Positions 19,685-29,214 of a stretch of DNA of 64,000 bases are shown piece after piece. The stretch lies in NCBI GenBank assembly GCA_009903935.1, contig WYEG01000044.1, forward strand, positions 990-64,989, given 5' to 3'. Source of the DNA: Caldimicrobium sp. Its GTDB lineage: Bacteria > Desulfobacterota > Thermodesulfobacteria > Thermodesulfobacteriales > Thermodesulfobacteriaceae. Within the stretch, counting starts at the first letter, position 1. The number at the start of each line of letters is the position of its first letter. Under the pieces are notes generated by a model. The model saw only the letters and a list, made by a program, of their open reading frames with translations. It ran no database searches and was not told where the DNA came from. A program made the translations under genes and the position numbers.

Positions 19685-19685
19685 T

Positions 19686-21251
19686 TCAAAGCTCTTCTTT
19701 TCGTCTAAGATGAGGGAATAGGAGGACTTCCCTTATGGAAGAAGAATTGGTAAAGATCATCACCACCCTATCAATTCCTATCCCCTCTCCAGCGCAAGGT
19801 GGCATCCCATGCTCTAAGGCAAGGAGAAAATCCTCATCTATCTCTGGAGGAATTTCTTCGTCCACTTCCCGAAGGCGTAGCTGTTCCTCAAAGCGTGCCC
19901 TTTGGTCTAAGGGGTCGTTAAGCTCAGAGAAGGCGTTTGCGACCTCCTGGGAAGCAACATAAAACTCGAACCTATCTGCAATCTCAGGGTTTTGGTCGTT
20001 TCTTCGAGCTAAAGGGGAGACTTCAACGGGGAAGCCTACCACAAAAGTAGGTTGGATAAGCTTTGGCTCAACAAGCTCCTCAAAAAGCTTGGTCCACCAT
20101 TTGCCTATCCTTGGGTCCTTCTCGTTTAGCTCTATCCCCCTTTCTTTGGCAAAAGAAAGAAGCTTTGCTCTATCCCTTAAAATTTCAGAAGGCACGCCCC
20201 CTATTTCCACGAGGGAATTAAGAAAGTCTATCCTCTTAAAAGGTGGGGTAAAGTCTATCTCCTGCCCCTGGTAGATAACTTTAGGCGAACCGTTAATCTC
20301 CAGGGCAAGCTGATAGAAAAGCTCTTCCGTTCTTTTTATCAAATCTTCAAAGGTGGCGTAGGCTTCGTAAAATTCTAACATGGTAAACTCAGGATTATGC
20401 CTGCTTGAAACCCCCTCATTCCGAAAGTTGCGATTAAGCTCAAACACCCGCTCAAACCCTCCGACGATGAGCCTTTTTAGATAAAGCTCTGGAGCTATAC
20501 GAAGATAAAGGTTCATGTCCAAGGCGTTGTGATAGGTGATAAAAGGTTTGGCTGCTGCTCCTCCAGCTATAGGATGCATCATGGGTGTTTCAACCTCTAA
20601 AAAGCCTTCAGAGATGAAGTATTCCCGTATGAACTGGATGATCCTTGTCCGTTTCCGGAAAAGCTCCCTAACCTCAGGGTTCATCATAAGGTCAAGATAG
20701 CGCCTCCTATACCTCAACTCTACATCTTTTAAACCATGATACTTCTCTGGAAGGGGACGAATGGACTTGGTAAGAAGACGAAGGTCTTTAGCTAAAACTG
20801 TTAACTCTCCGGTTTTGGTTTTGATAAGCCCCCCGGTAACTCCAATGACATCCCCAAGGTCTACAAGCTTTCTAAAGAAGTCAAAGGTCTCCCCAGCCAC
20901 CTCGCTTTTAGCAACCATTATCTGAATTTTATCCGTGGAGTCTTGGATATGGGCAAAGATGAGCTTCCCCATCTCCCTTCTTGTCATTAATCTTCCGGCA
21001 ACTGAAACTTCTATGTTCATCCTTTCAAGCTCTTCAGCGCTCACATCCTGAAATCTCTCTTTTAGATACTTTGCACGATCTTTAGGCTTGAAATCGTTTG
21101 GATAAGGATTTATCCCAAGCTCCCACAGCTTGTTTAACTTTTCTAAACGGACCTTGATTAGCTGACTTTCTTCGCTCATCTGCGCCTCCAGACTGGGAAT
21201 TTTTGCTTTAAGATTTTGTCTTATTTTATTCCAGAGGGTTTGACTTAGCAA
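19686..21251 (-). CDS. lysS: Lysine--tRNA ligase, class II
   Basis: OB anticodon-binding domain plus class II motifs (FRNEG, GIGIDRVVM). 521 aa. Confidence 0.95.
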   Translation of the reverse strand: MLSQTLWNKIRQNLKAKIPSLEAQMSEESQLIKVRLEKLNKLWELGINPYPNDFKPKDRAKYLKERFQDVSAEELERMNIEVSVAGRLMTRREMGKLIFAHIQDSTDKIQIMVAKSEVAGETFDFFRKLVDLGDVIGVTGGLIKTKTGELTVLAKDLRLLTKSIRPLPEKYHGLKDVELRYRRRYLDLMMNPEVRELFRKRTRIIQFIREYFISEGFLEVETPMMHPIAGGAAAKPFITYHNALDMNLYLRIAPELYLKRLIVGGFERVFELNRNFRNEGVSSRHNPEFTMLEFYEAYATFEDLIKRTEELFYQLALEINGSPKVIYQGQEIDFTPPFKRIDFLNSLVEIGGVPSEILRDRAKLLSFAKERGIELNEKDPRIGKWWTKLFEELVEPKLIQPTFVVGFPVEVSPLARRNDQNPEIADRFEFYVASQEVANAFSELNDPLDQRARFEEQLRLREVDEEIPPEIDEDFLLALEHGMPPCAGEGIGIDRVVMIFTNSSSIREVLLFPHLRRKEEL

Positions 21252-21256
21252 TAAAG

Positions 21257-22132
21257 TTAGGAACCTTCTTTTGCTCGGGGATGGGCTTTTAAGTAGACTT
21301 TAAGTAGATGCTCGTAGCTTACGCTTATGTATCGCTCCGTTGTGGCAAGGCTTGAATGACCAAGCATTTCTTGAATACTCCTTAAGTCGCAGCCAGCGTT
21401 TAGAAGATGGGTGGCAAAGGCATGCCTTAGGAGATGGGGGTGAACCCTTTTATTCAACACCTTTGAGGCTTTTTTAAGTAAATATCGAACACCCCTTGCG
21501 GATAAAGGTTTGCCTTTGCTGTTTATAAATACAAAATCTGTCTTCTCACCGAGCCTTTTTAGTAGCTCCTCCCTTGCTTGTAGGTACCTTTTTAAGGCAA
21601 AATAAGCCTTACTCCCAAAGGGAATAAGCCTTTCTTTCCCCCCCTTGCCAATAACCCTTATCATCCTTAGCTCAAAGTTGATCTGTGATAGCTTAAGAGC
21701 ACAAGCTTCAGAAACTCGAACACCAGTTGCATAAAGAAATTCAAGCAAAGCTTTATCTCGTAAGCTAAGAAAATCCCCCTCATTTTTATGGGAAAAAAGG
21801 GCAGAGAGCTCCTCTTCCGTTGGAACGCTGGGAATGTTTATTTTAACACCACCGTAGGATATGGCTAAGACCCTTGGGTCGATGGGTAGTCCTTTCTTTG
21901 TTAAAAACTTGAAAAAGCTTTTTAGGGTGCTAACCTTCCGTAGAATGGTTGTTGGCTTTAATCCCTTTCTCTTAAGGTCTAAAATAAAGCTCCGAATGGT
22001 TAAAGCGCTGACCTTTGAATCACAGAAACTAAAAAATTCCTCAAGGTCTACTCTATAAGCCCTTATAGTTTCAAGAGAATATCCTTTTTGTTTTTCCAGA
22101 TAGAACAAAAATTCCTCTATGTATTCCTTCAT
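21257..22132 (-). CDS. xerC: Tyrosine recombinase XerC/XerD family
   Basis: SAM-like N-domain plus the catalytic R...HLLRHAFATHL...LGHSSLATTERY signature. Confidence 0.85.
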   Translation of the reverse strand: MKEYIEEFLFYLEKQKGYSLETIRAYRVDLEEFFSFCDSKVSALTIRSFILDLKRKGLKPTTILRKVSTLKSFFKFLTKKGLPIDPRVLAISYGGVKINIPSVPTEEELSALFSHKNEGDFLSLRDKALLEFLYATGVRVSEACALKLSQINFELRMIRVIGKGGKERLIPFGSKAYFALKRYLQAREELLKRLGEKTDFVFINSKGKPLSARGVRYLLKKASKVLNKRVHPHLLRHAFATHLLNAGCDLRSIQEMLGHSSLATTERYISVSYEHLLKVYLKAHPRAKEGS

Positions 22133-23598
22133 GCTAAGGAAGAAAGCTTTGCCAGAAGTTCCTCAGCCTTAAAAGGTTTAAGTAAAACCATCTCTGATGG
22201 AATATCAGCTAAGGCGTAAGGGTCTCCGGTCAAGAAAAGAACCTTTACCTCGGGATAAAGCCTTGAAATAAAACCATAAACTTCGTCCCCTTTGGCATCG
22301 GGTAGATAATAATCGACAAGCAGAACTTGGGGTGCCTCTTCAGGCCTCATTTCAACAAACTCCTTAAATTGAGAGAAGGCATAAACCTTTGCGCCAAGCT
22401 CGCTCAAAAGCTCTTTTAAACCTTGTCTGATTTCCTCTTCGTCCTCAAAAAGAAATACTACCATACCTTGAAGAGAAGCTTTGAGGGGCTTTTTTATGTA
22501 TGGGAAGTCTATGGAGTTCATAAGGGGGACATAGATATAGAATGTTGTCCCCAGTTTAGGAGAAGATTCAACCTCTATCTTTCCTCCTAAGGTTGTGATA
22601 TGATGCTTTACAAGATAAAGCCCTAAACCGCTTCCTTTTTCTTTTGTAGTAAAGAAGGGTTTGAAGATATGAGGCAAAATATCAGGAGGAATGCCTGGAC
22701 CATTGTCTTTAACAGCTATCCTTAGGGTTTGCACCTTTCTTTGAGGGTCCCATTCTTTACTAAGCCTTATGAAAATTTCTCCTTCTCCCCCCATGGCGTC
22801 CTTGGCATTAACCAACAGATTGAGAAAGATATAACGCCATAAAACAGAATCTCCTGGAACTACCGCTCCCTTCAGATAGTCAAGGTCTAAATTTAACCTT
22901 ATACCCTCACCAAGAAGGACTTGAAAAACTTCCAAATTATCAAGCAAAAACTTAATTAGGTCAATCTGAGACTTAAAAGCCTGCTTAGAAACCTTTGAAT
23001 AATCAAGCAAAAGCCTATTTAGGTCTACCCAGCTGTTGAGAGTATACTCGAGGTTTTTAACGGTAGCTAAGGCTTTTTCTCTATCATCAAGCTCGTTTTT
23101 AAGCTTTTTAAGCCCAATTAAGACGTTATTTAAAATGTTGTTAAAGTCATGGACAAGCCCCCTTAGAAATTCAGAAAAGTTAGCTGTTTTATGCAGGCTT
23201 TCGACCCTTTCAGCTAAGGAGCAAAATTCTGTGGCATCAAGGGCTATGGAAACAATACGAACCTTACCTTGAGGTTCATCAGGGACCCGCAGACATCTCC
23301 AGAAAAACTTCCTTGTGCTTCCATCCTTGCATTTTAAGCTAAAAGCCACCCCCTCCTCTCTAATTCCAGACACAACCCTTTGACAATGAAGAAAAGCTTT
23401 TGGTCTTTCTTCTTCTGGCACTAAGTCTTGAATAATCGATTTTCCGATTAACTCCGAACGGGTATATCCAAGGAGCTCCTCGCAAGCTCGGTTCACATAA
23501 ACTATCTCTCCGTCCTCAATCAAAAAAACAAGGATGGGCAACAGGTCTACAATGTAAGGGAAAACAGAAGTAAGGTCTTTTAAGTTTAAACTATCCAC
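22129..23598 (-). CDS. PAS-domain sensor histidine kinase with C-terminal receiver-like domain
   Basis: PAS domain (VNRACEELLGYTRSELIGKSI), H-box (LVHDFNNILN), N, G1 and G2 boxes (NAKDAM, DNGPGIP, GSGLGLY), then a CheY-like domain (VLLVDYYLPD). Confidence 0.75.
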   Translation of the reverse strand: MDSLNLKDLTSVFPYIVDLLPILVFLIEDGEIVYVNRACEELLGYTRSELIGKSIIQDLVPEEERPKAFLHCQRVVSGIREEGVAFSLKCKDGSTRKFFWRCLRVPDEPQGKVRIVSIALDATEFCSLAERVESLHKTANFSEFLRGLVHDFNNILNNVLIGLKKLKNELDDREKALATVKNLEYTLNSWVDLNRLLLDYSKVSKQAFKSQIDLIKFLLDNLEVFQVLLGEGIRLNLDLDYLKGAVVPGDSVLWRYIFLNLLVNAKDAMGGEGEIFIRLSKEWDPQRKVQTLRIAVKDNGPGIPPDILPHIFKPFFTTKEKGSGLGLYLVKHHITTLGGKIEVESSPKLGTTFYIYVPLMNSIDFPYIKKPLKASLQGMVVFLFEDEEEIRQGLKELLSELGAKVYAFSQFKEFVEMRPEEAPQVLLVDYYLPDAKGDEVYGFISRLYPEVKVLFLTGDPYALADIPSEMVLLKPFKAEELLAKLSSLA

Positions 23599-24736
23599 AA
23601 ACCTTCTCTAATCTTTGCGTTTTTAAATAAAATAGTGAGCTAATAAACATTATACTCAAACTTAAGGCAAAGGAAAGGACTTTTATACCTAAGATATCAA
23701 CCAAAAAACCCGAAAAGAGCTGACCTATAGGGACGGTCCCAGTGAAGGCAAAGGTAAAAAGGCTCATTACCCTACCCCTGAGACCCTCAGGAGTTGATCT
23801 CTGCAAGCTTGAATTTATTATCGGAAAAAAGTTGGTGAAACTAAAGCCCATCAAAAATATACCCAAAAGGGTAAAGACTTTATGTTGGCTTAAGGCTATC
23901 AAAAGGAGAGATAAAGAAAAAAGAAGTTGGGTAAGCCAGACCCTTTTACAGACATTTTGACTTTCTGAAGCTCTAAAACCAAGGCTTAAGGCGCCAAACA
24001 TAGCACCACAACCAAGGATGCTCGATACTAAACCATACTCCAAAGCTTTGCCTGAAAAGGCTTCAACAGCCAATCTTGGTAAAACTATGGGAAAAGAAAC
24101 ACCCAGAAAAGAAAAGACAGCAACTTGCAGAATAAGAAAATAGGTAAGCTTTACCTGCCGTAAAAACTTATAAAGCTCAGAAAAATCCTTCTTTAAGGAC
24201 CTTTTCTCCAGGTTATAAACTTCTGTATTTTCAGGCTTTATCCTTCTTAAAAAGACAATGAAGGGTAAGTAAGAGAGGGCATTCAACCAAAAATTAACCT
24301 CGGGAGAAAAAAGGGCCATAAGATAGCCTCCAAGGGATGAGCCTAAAATTCTTGAGGTGTGAAAGGAAAGGGCTTGAAAGGATAAGGCCTGGGTTAGATA
24401 TTCTGGAGGAACGATGTTTGAAATGCAGACCTGCCTTAAAGGCATGTCAACGGCTGATAAAATTTGACCAATCAAAGTTAACAAAACCACAATATAAAGA
24501 TTAAACCCCAAAAGGCTAAAGAAAATTCCCAGAAAAAGGGGAGGTAAAATGGAGAGTAATAGAATGATACGAAAGAGCCTCCAGCGATCTAGCCTATCGA
24601 TGATCGAGCCGGAAAAGAGCGTAAAAACAACTCCGGGCATGGTAGTTAGAAGGGAAAAAAAACCGAGCTTTGCAGATGACCCTGTATTTATATACACCAG
24701 CCAATGGACAGCTGTATTCTGAACCCAAGAACCCAA
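23591..24736 (-). CDS. MFS transporter (MFS_3/EntS-like); true start probably further upstream
   Basis: 12-TM-type hydrophobic profile. The track start is a TTG, and the conserved N-terminal helix continues upstream in frame (see finding at 24737-24817). Confidence 0.7.
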   Translation of the reverse strand: MGSWVQNTAVHWLVYINTGSSAKLGFFSLLTTMPGVVFTLFSGSIIDRLDRWRLFRIILLLSILPPLFLGIFFSLLGFNLYIVVLLTLIGQILSAVDMPLRQVCISNIVPPEYLTQALSFQALSFHTSRILGSSLGGYLMALFSPEVNFWLNALSYLPFIVFLRRIKPENTEVYNLEKRSLKKDFSELYKFLRQVKLTYFLILQVAVFSFLGVSFPIVLPRLAVEAFSGKALEYGLVSSILGCGAMFGALSLGFRASESQNVCKRVWLTQLLFSLSLLLIALSQHKVFTLLGIFLMGFSFTNFFPIINSSLQRSTPEGLRGRVMSLFTFAFTGTVPIGQLFSGFLVDILGIKVLSFALSLSIMFISSLFYLKTQRLEKVCG

Positions 24737-24816
24737 AAAGGAAAGAAAATGTCCTAAGAGAAAAAGTCTAAAATTTTTAATTTTAAAAACTTCAAAAGGA
24801 ATTTTTATCCCCCCTC

Positions 24817-24844
24817 TTTACAAAATTTAATTTAGGGTTATCCT
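24817..24844 (+). promoter_or_regulatory. Possible promoter of the cold-shock gene
   Basis: TTTACA, a 16-nt spacer, then TATCCT. This would leave a 5' UTR of about 30 nt before AAAGGAGG and the ATG. Confidence 0.3.
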
Positions 24845-24879
24845 GTCATTCAAGAAATTTTAAAGGAGGTTAGTGTATC

Positions 24880-25092
24880 ATGTTTAGAGGTAAGGTGAAG
24901 TGGTTCGATGAGAAGAAGGGGTATGGTTTCATCTCCAAGGAGGATGGCGGTGATGTGTTTGTTCACTACACTGCCATCGACATGCCTGGCTTCAAGACCC
25001 TGAAGGAAGGTCAAACCGTAGAGTTTGAAGTTGTTCAGGGTCCAAAGGGCGAACAGGCTTCAAAAGTTAGAGTCGTCAAAGAATCAGCCTAA
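24880..25092 (+). CDS. cspA: Cold-shock protein, CspA family
   Basis: [15 protein letters not shown] (RNP1) and DVFVHY (RNP2). 70 aa. Confidence 0.95.
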   Translation: MFRGKVKWFDEKKGYGFISKEDGGDVFVHYTAIDMPGFKTLKEGQTVEFEVVQGPKGEQASKVRVVKESA

Positions 25093-25112
25093 TTCTCAAC
25101 AAGAAAACCAAA

Positions 25113-25130
25113 GGAGGGGGCACCCCCTCC
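25113..25130 (+). terminator. Hairpin after csp (possible terminator)
   Basis: GGAGGGGG-CA-CCCCCTCC inverted repeat 20 nt after the csp stop. The trailing sequence is only moderately T-rich. Confidence 0.35.
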
Positions 25131-25138
25131 TATCCTAT

Positions 25139-25378
25139 ATGCTCCGAAGTAGAACCCTACGAGTTCAGGTTCCTCCCTCTCAAATTGTTTACTTTAAGTT
25201 TTTACTCGAGGGTTACGACCATCTTGCTTTGCCTGTCGTGGTAGATGGTAAAAAGGCAGAAATTAAACTCCTTATCCATCCAACGGAACTTAAAATCTTC
25301 GTTAGTCTTATCAAAGAAGAATTCCCATCAGCAATAATTTTAGGGGACGATGAGGACGGGTGTTCTGGCTCTATCTAA
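25139..25378 (+). CDS. DUF4911-like small protein
   Basis: MLRSRTLRVQVPPSQIVYFKFLLEGYDHLA... resembles DUF4911 from memory. The ATG at 25139 is preferred over the 25025 track start, which overlaps csp. Confidence 0.45.
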   Translation: MLRSRTLRVQVPPSQIVYFKFLLEGYDHLALPVVVDGKKAEIKLLIHPTELKIFVSLIKEEFPSAIILGDDEDGCSGSI

Positions 25379-26206
25379 CACATAGTTTGCAACGCTTCCT
25401 AAGAAGAGCCTATCAATAAAGGTTTTCTCCGACCTACCAAGGATTATAAGGGTTGCCTCTTTCTCCAAGGCTAAGTCTAAAACAATTTCTTGCGGCTCAC
25501 CAAGAAGGATAAGCCTTTCAACTTTTTCTGTGTTTTCAAAATAATTTTTTAATAAATTATCAAGCTTTTGGGACGCATCCTCTTCCAAAGCCTTCATTCG
25601 CATTTTGTCTAAGCCCTCAACCTTTGCTGATGGGATAACATGCACAACCATACCCCGTTCAAACATATCCTTAAGCTTGTAAAAAAATTCTAAAGCTCTA
25701 AGAGATGGCGGAGAAAAATCTATAGCCACAAGTGGTCTCTCGAAGAGGTTCTTGTTTTCTATTTCTAAATCCTCTTCTTTAAGTTTGTATTTAAAAACAA
25801 GGGTTGGCACCTTTACCTGCTTTAAAATTTCTTTTGTCCTTGAGCCCACAAAAAGGGTCTCCCTTTTCTTTTTCCCAAGGACTAAAAGGTCAACCTTTTC
25901 TTCCTCGCAAACCGCAGGAATATCGTAAACAGGGTCTCCCACCTTGATTATGGTTCGGTAATTAAGATCGGATGCCCTTATCTCCTTTCCCCAGACCTCA
26001 AACCTTAGCTCAGCCTCTTCCTTCAATCGATTGGCTTCTTCCTCTAAATAGCCAAAGGGAAAGACATAGGAAACATCCTCACGAGGGATGATATGAAGAA
26101 GTATAATCTCTTCAAGCCCTACCTTCTTCAGAACGAAAAGCTCTTTTAAAGCTTGAAGAGATAGGTCACGAAACTTTGTGCAGTAAAGTAGGCGTTTTAT
26201 ACTCAT
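25340..26206 (-). CDS. Universal stress protein, tandem Usp domains
   Basis: Two UspA-like halves, each ending in a G-x2-G-x9-G(S/T)-like ATP motif (LVLGKKKRETLFVGSRT; IILGRSEKTFIDRLFLGSVA). Confidence 0.75.
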   Translation of the reverse strand: MSIKRLLYCTKFRDLSLQALKELFVLKKVGLEEIILLHIIPREDVSYVFPFGYLEEEANRLKEEAELRFEVWGKEIRASDLNYRTIIKVGDPVYDIPAVCEEEKVDLLVLGKKKRETLFVGSRTKEILKQVKVPTLVFKYKLKEEDLEIENKNLFERPLVAIDFSPPSLRALEFFYKLKDMFERGMVVHVIPSAKVEGLDKMRMKALEEDASQKLDNLLKNYFENTEKVERLILLGEPQEIVLDLALEKEATLIILGRSEKTFIDRLFLGSVANYVLDRARTPVLIVP

Positions 26207-26209
26207 CTC

Positions 26210-27559
26210 TCAACCTCTAAAAAATATTAAGCTCAATAAGACAAACAAAGGGAAAAGAATGGGAAGGGAATATTTAAACACATAGCCAAAAAAGCTTGGC
26301 ATAGGTATTCCTCTTTCTTCAGCGATTGATTTTACCATAAAGTTTGGAGCATTACCAATATAGGTCATAGCTCCCCAGAAGACCGCCCCACAAGAGATGG
26401 CAAGCAAATACTTTGGATGCTCCTTTATGAGAAGAGAAAGAGCTGTCCCCTCAGGTAGTCCTGGATAGAATTTACCAAGAAGGGCAGAAAGGAAGGTTAA
26501 ATAGGTGGGTGCATTATCTAAAAAAGCAGAAAACACCCCAGCCCCATAAAAATAGTGATATGGCTTATCCATTCCATGAATTAGAGGACCAAATGCTCCT
26601 TTTTCACCAGAAAGAAGGATCTGTACCGCTGGGATCATTGTAATAAAAAGTCCAAAAAAGATTATAATAACCTCTTTGATAGGATACCATGAAAACTCAT
26701 TCTTAGCTTTTATCTCGTAAGGAGTAATAAAGTGAGATATCCCAAGAATACTCAAAAGTAAAAGATCTCTAATTAAGGAGTTAAGGCTTAGATCTATGCC
26801 GAAAAAATTAACCTTTGGTAGGTTGGCCTTCCCGGAAAAAAGAAGAACTGCTATGATCAAAAAGATGAGAAAAAGATTGTATAAGCCTTCGATATGAAAT
26901 GGGTCTTTCTGTAAAGGGATATTCTGTTTTCTTTCATTTAAATGAAAGCGTCTGTCCAACAGATAGTATATCAAAAGTAGAGGTAGACAAAGAAAAAGCA
27001 TAGGGAAAAGAAGCTTCAAAGTCCAAAAAAAGGGGACACCTTTTAGATAGCCGAGGAATAGCGGTGGGTCGCCAAGGGGAGTTAAAGAGCCCCCGATGTT
27101 CGAAACAAGGAAGATATAAAAAACTACCATAAAATCCCTTTTCTCTCTCCAAGCGTTTGCCCTAAGAAAAGGACCAATAAGCACCATCGAAGCACCGGTT
27201 GTCCCCATCAGACTTGCTAAAGGCGTGCCAAAGGCTAAGTAAAGGGTGTTTGTTAATGGGGTCCCTGAAAGGAAGTTACTCACATAGATTCCGCAAGAAA
27301 CAACATAAAGAGCAGAAAGCAGGATGATGAAAGGGAGATACTCCTCGAGCAGCACATGAACGACAAGATAAACACCCTCTAATCGCAGGTAGTAAAGTAT
27401 CACTAAAACCCCAAAAGTTGCCCAAAAAAGAGTTATCTTCCCAAAATGATGATGCCAAATCCTTGGACAAAGGAGGGGGAAAATAGCGATCGAGGCTAAC
27501 ATCCCTAAGAAAGGGATGATAGTATAGATTGGCAAGAGTTCGCCAAAGGAGTTTGCCAT
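26210..27559 (-). CDS. ArsB/NhaD-superfamily permease, putative sodium:proton antiporter
   Basis: 449-aa polytopic membrane protein whose overall pattern resembles the citrate-transporter/NhaD-type family. Substrate is not inferable. Confidence 0.5.
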   Translation of the reverse strand: MANSFGELLPIYTIIPFLGMLASIAIFPLLCPRIWHHHFGKITLFWATFGVLVILYYLRLEGVYLVVHVLLEEYLPFIILLSALYVVSCGIYVSNFLSGTPLTNTLYLAFGTPLASLMGTTGASMVLIGPFLRANAWREKRDFMVVFYIFLVSNIGGSLTPLGDPPLFLGYLKGVPFFWTLKLLFPMLFLCLPLLLIYYLLDRRFHLNERKQNIPLQKDPFHIEGLYNLFLIFLIIAVLLFSGKANLPKVNFFGIDLSLNSLIRDLLLLSILGISHFITPYEIKAKNEFSWYPIKEVIIIFFGLFITMIPAVQILLSGEKGAFGPLIHGMDKPYHYFYGAGVFSAFLDNAPTYLTFLSALLGKFYPGLPEGTALSLLIKEHPKYLLAISCGAVFWGAMTYIGNAPNFMVKSIAEERGIPMPSFFGYVFKYSLPILFPLFVLLSLIFFRG

Positions 27560-28159
27560 TTAAAATAAATCTTTTAATTTGGCGAATACTTTAGATGGTT
27601 TACAAAGCTCAGCTTTAATGATAGAAAAAAGGCGCTCTTTTGCCCTCTCAAGGTCATCGTTTATAACCACATAGTCATAAAAGCCAGCAAAGGATAGCTC
27701 AAACCTTGCCCGCTCAAGCCTTTCCTTTATCTTTTCTTCACTTTCTGTCCCACGGGAGATGAGCCTCTTTTTAAGGGTTTCAAAATCAGGTGGGGCGATG
27801 AAAATAGTGACAGCCTTTTCTCCAAAGTAAGATTTTAGCTTCCCTGCCCCTATAACCTCTACATCAAACACAAGGTGCTTGCCTAAGGTTTTAGCCTTAG
27901 TAATCTCTCCCTTTGAAGTCCCATAATAATAAGAATGAACTTTTACCCATTCTAAAAAATCTCCTCGTTCTATCATCTCAAGAAAGGTCTTCTCCTCCAC
28001 AAAATAATAGTCTTCTCCGTCCTTCTCGTTATTCCTTGGGGGTCTGGTGGTGTGAGAAACTGAAAAATAAAATTCTTCCTTGGGTAAAAAAGAAAGAAGG
28101 GTGCTTTTCCCGACCCCAGATGGTCCGGAAACGATTATGGTCAAAAGATGGCTACTCAT
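27560..28159 (-). CDS. gmk: Guanylate kinase
   Basis: P-loop [17 protein letters not shown] and YYFV motifs. Follows remA, as in many bacteria. Confidence 0.9.
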   Translation of the reverse strand: MSSHLLTIIVSGPSGVGKSTLLSFLPKEEFYFSVSHTTRPPRNNEKDGEDYYFVEEKTFLEMIERGDFLEWVKVHSYYYGTSKGEITKAKTLGKHLVFDVEVIGAGKLKSYFGEKAVTIFIAPPDFETLKKRLISRGTESEEKIKERLERARFELSFAGFYDYVVINDDLERAKERLFSIIKAELCKPSKVFAKLKDLF

Positions 28160-28430
28160 TCTCCTCGTCTTTAAGCTTTGTTATATCGCTTAAGAACCTT
28201 TGGGCAATCGTCTCAGTTTGAATAGCGGTAAGGATAACATGATTGCTATCGGTGATGATGATGGAGCGGGTCTTACGCCCCTGGGTAGCGTCGATCAACC
28301 GATGCCCTTCCTTTGCTTCCTCCTTTAGCCTTTTCATGGGAGCTGAATTGGGGTTTACGATAGCAATAATCCTGTCCGCCACAACGAAGTTACCAAAGCC
28401 AATGTTAACAAGCTTACCCGTCCTTTCCAT
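28152..28430 (-). CDS. remA: RemA/DUF370 family regulator
   Basis: [29 protein letters not shown]...[20 protein letters not shown] is typical DUF370. The ATG at 28430 lies 5 nt after GGAGG. Confidence 0.8.
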   Translation of the reverse strand: MERTGKLVNIGFGNFVVADRIIAIVNPNSAPMKRLKEEAKEGHRLIDATQGRKTRSIIITDSNHVILTAIQTETIAQRFLSDITKLKDEENE

Positions 28431-28466
28431 CCTTTCCTCCTGCAAATTTTTGTAAATTTTTTAATA

Positions 28467-28495
28467 ATTGTAACAAAGTTTAAGCTTTTTGTCAA
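28467..28495 (-). promoter_or_regulatory. Sigma70-type promoter for remA-gmk
   Basis: Minus strand reads TTGACA, a 17-nt spacer, then TACAAT. The -35 overlaps the pssA stop codon. Confidence 0.45.
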
Positions 28496-29214
28496 AGGTT
28501 ATCTTTTTTTAATCCTTTTTTACGCTTACCTAAAATTTTTAAACCAAAATCCTTAACAAAAAGAAAAGGACCAAGGAGGATGTAAATTAGCACTAAAACA
28601 AAAAGTATAACCGGCGGTTTGCTTGCCGTTAGGATGAAAAGAAAAAGAAATAAAACAAGAAAGTAAAAGGTGCTCAACCCCTTCAGACGAAAATCTTTAA
28701 GGCTTGGATATCGAAGGGGGGAAACCATAAGAAAGGACACTATGCAGACCAGTAAAAGAAGGGGATAGCTACATTCTTCTGGCTCAATCCCAAGAAATAA
28801 TAGAAGAAGAACGGTTGAGGCGATAAGAGCCCCTCCAGCAGGGGAAGGAAGCCCCTCAAAATGAGATAAAGAGGATGTTTTTACATTAAACCTCGCAAGC
28901 CTAAGAGCTGTGCAGGCTGCATAGAGAAAAGAAACAAAGAATCCTTCTCTTCCAAAGGCTGAAAGAGAAAATTGGTAGATGAAAAAGGCTGGAGATACTC
29001 CGAAGGACACCATATCGGCTAAGGAATCAAGTTCTTTGCCAAATTTAGTAACTTGTCCGCTCAAGCGGGCAAGCCTTCCGTCTAAAATATCGAAAAAAAT
29101 GGCAAGGAAGATGGCAATAGCTCCAGCTTGAAATTCACCTTCATAGGCTGAATAGAGGGCATAGTACCCACAGAAAAGGTTTAAAAGGGTAAAGATGCTC
29201 GGAAGATACTTCAT
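28492..29214 (-). CDS. pssA: CDP-diacylglycerol--serine O-phosphatidyltransferase
   Basis: CDP-alcohol phosphatidyltransferase motif DGRLARLSGQVTKFGKELDSLADMVSFG. Adjacent to psd. Confidence 0.85.
   Translation of the reverse strand: MKYLPSIFTLLNLFCGYYALYSAYEGEFQAGAIAIFLAIFFDILDGRLARLSGQVTKFGKELDSLADMVSFGVSPAFFIYQFSLSAFGREGFFVSFLYAACTALRLARFNVKTSSLSHFEGLPSPAGGALIASTVLLLLFLGIEPEECSYPLLLLVCIVSFLMVSPLRYPSLKDFRLKGLSTFYFLVLFLFLFILTASKPPVILFVLVLIYILLGPFLFVKDFGLKILGKRKKGLKKDNL

Noticed and set aside
21257-22132. Tyrosine recombinase as a marker of an integrated mobile element
   Set aside because: Its sequence features and size fit housekeeping XerC/D. It is flanked by lysS and a sensor kinase, with no tRNA, direct repeats or phage/transposon genes.
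23591-23599. DnaA-box-like CTATCCACA
   Set aside because: It is a single copy with one mismatch, located at a gene junction. There is no cluster of boxes and no AT-rich unwinding element, so this is not an origin.
25805-25820. Sigma-54-like TGGCAC...TGC motif
   Set aside because: The GG-to-GC spacing is off by one from the -24/-12 consensus. The motif lies on the plus strand inside the minus-strand usp gene, with no downstream plus-strand gene start.
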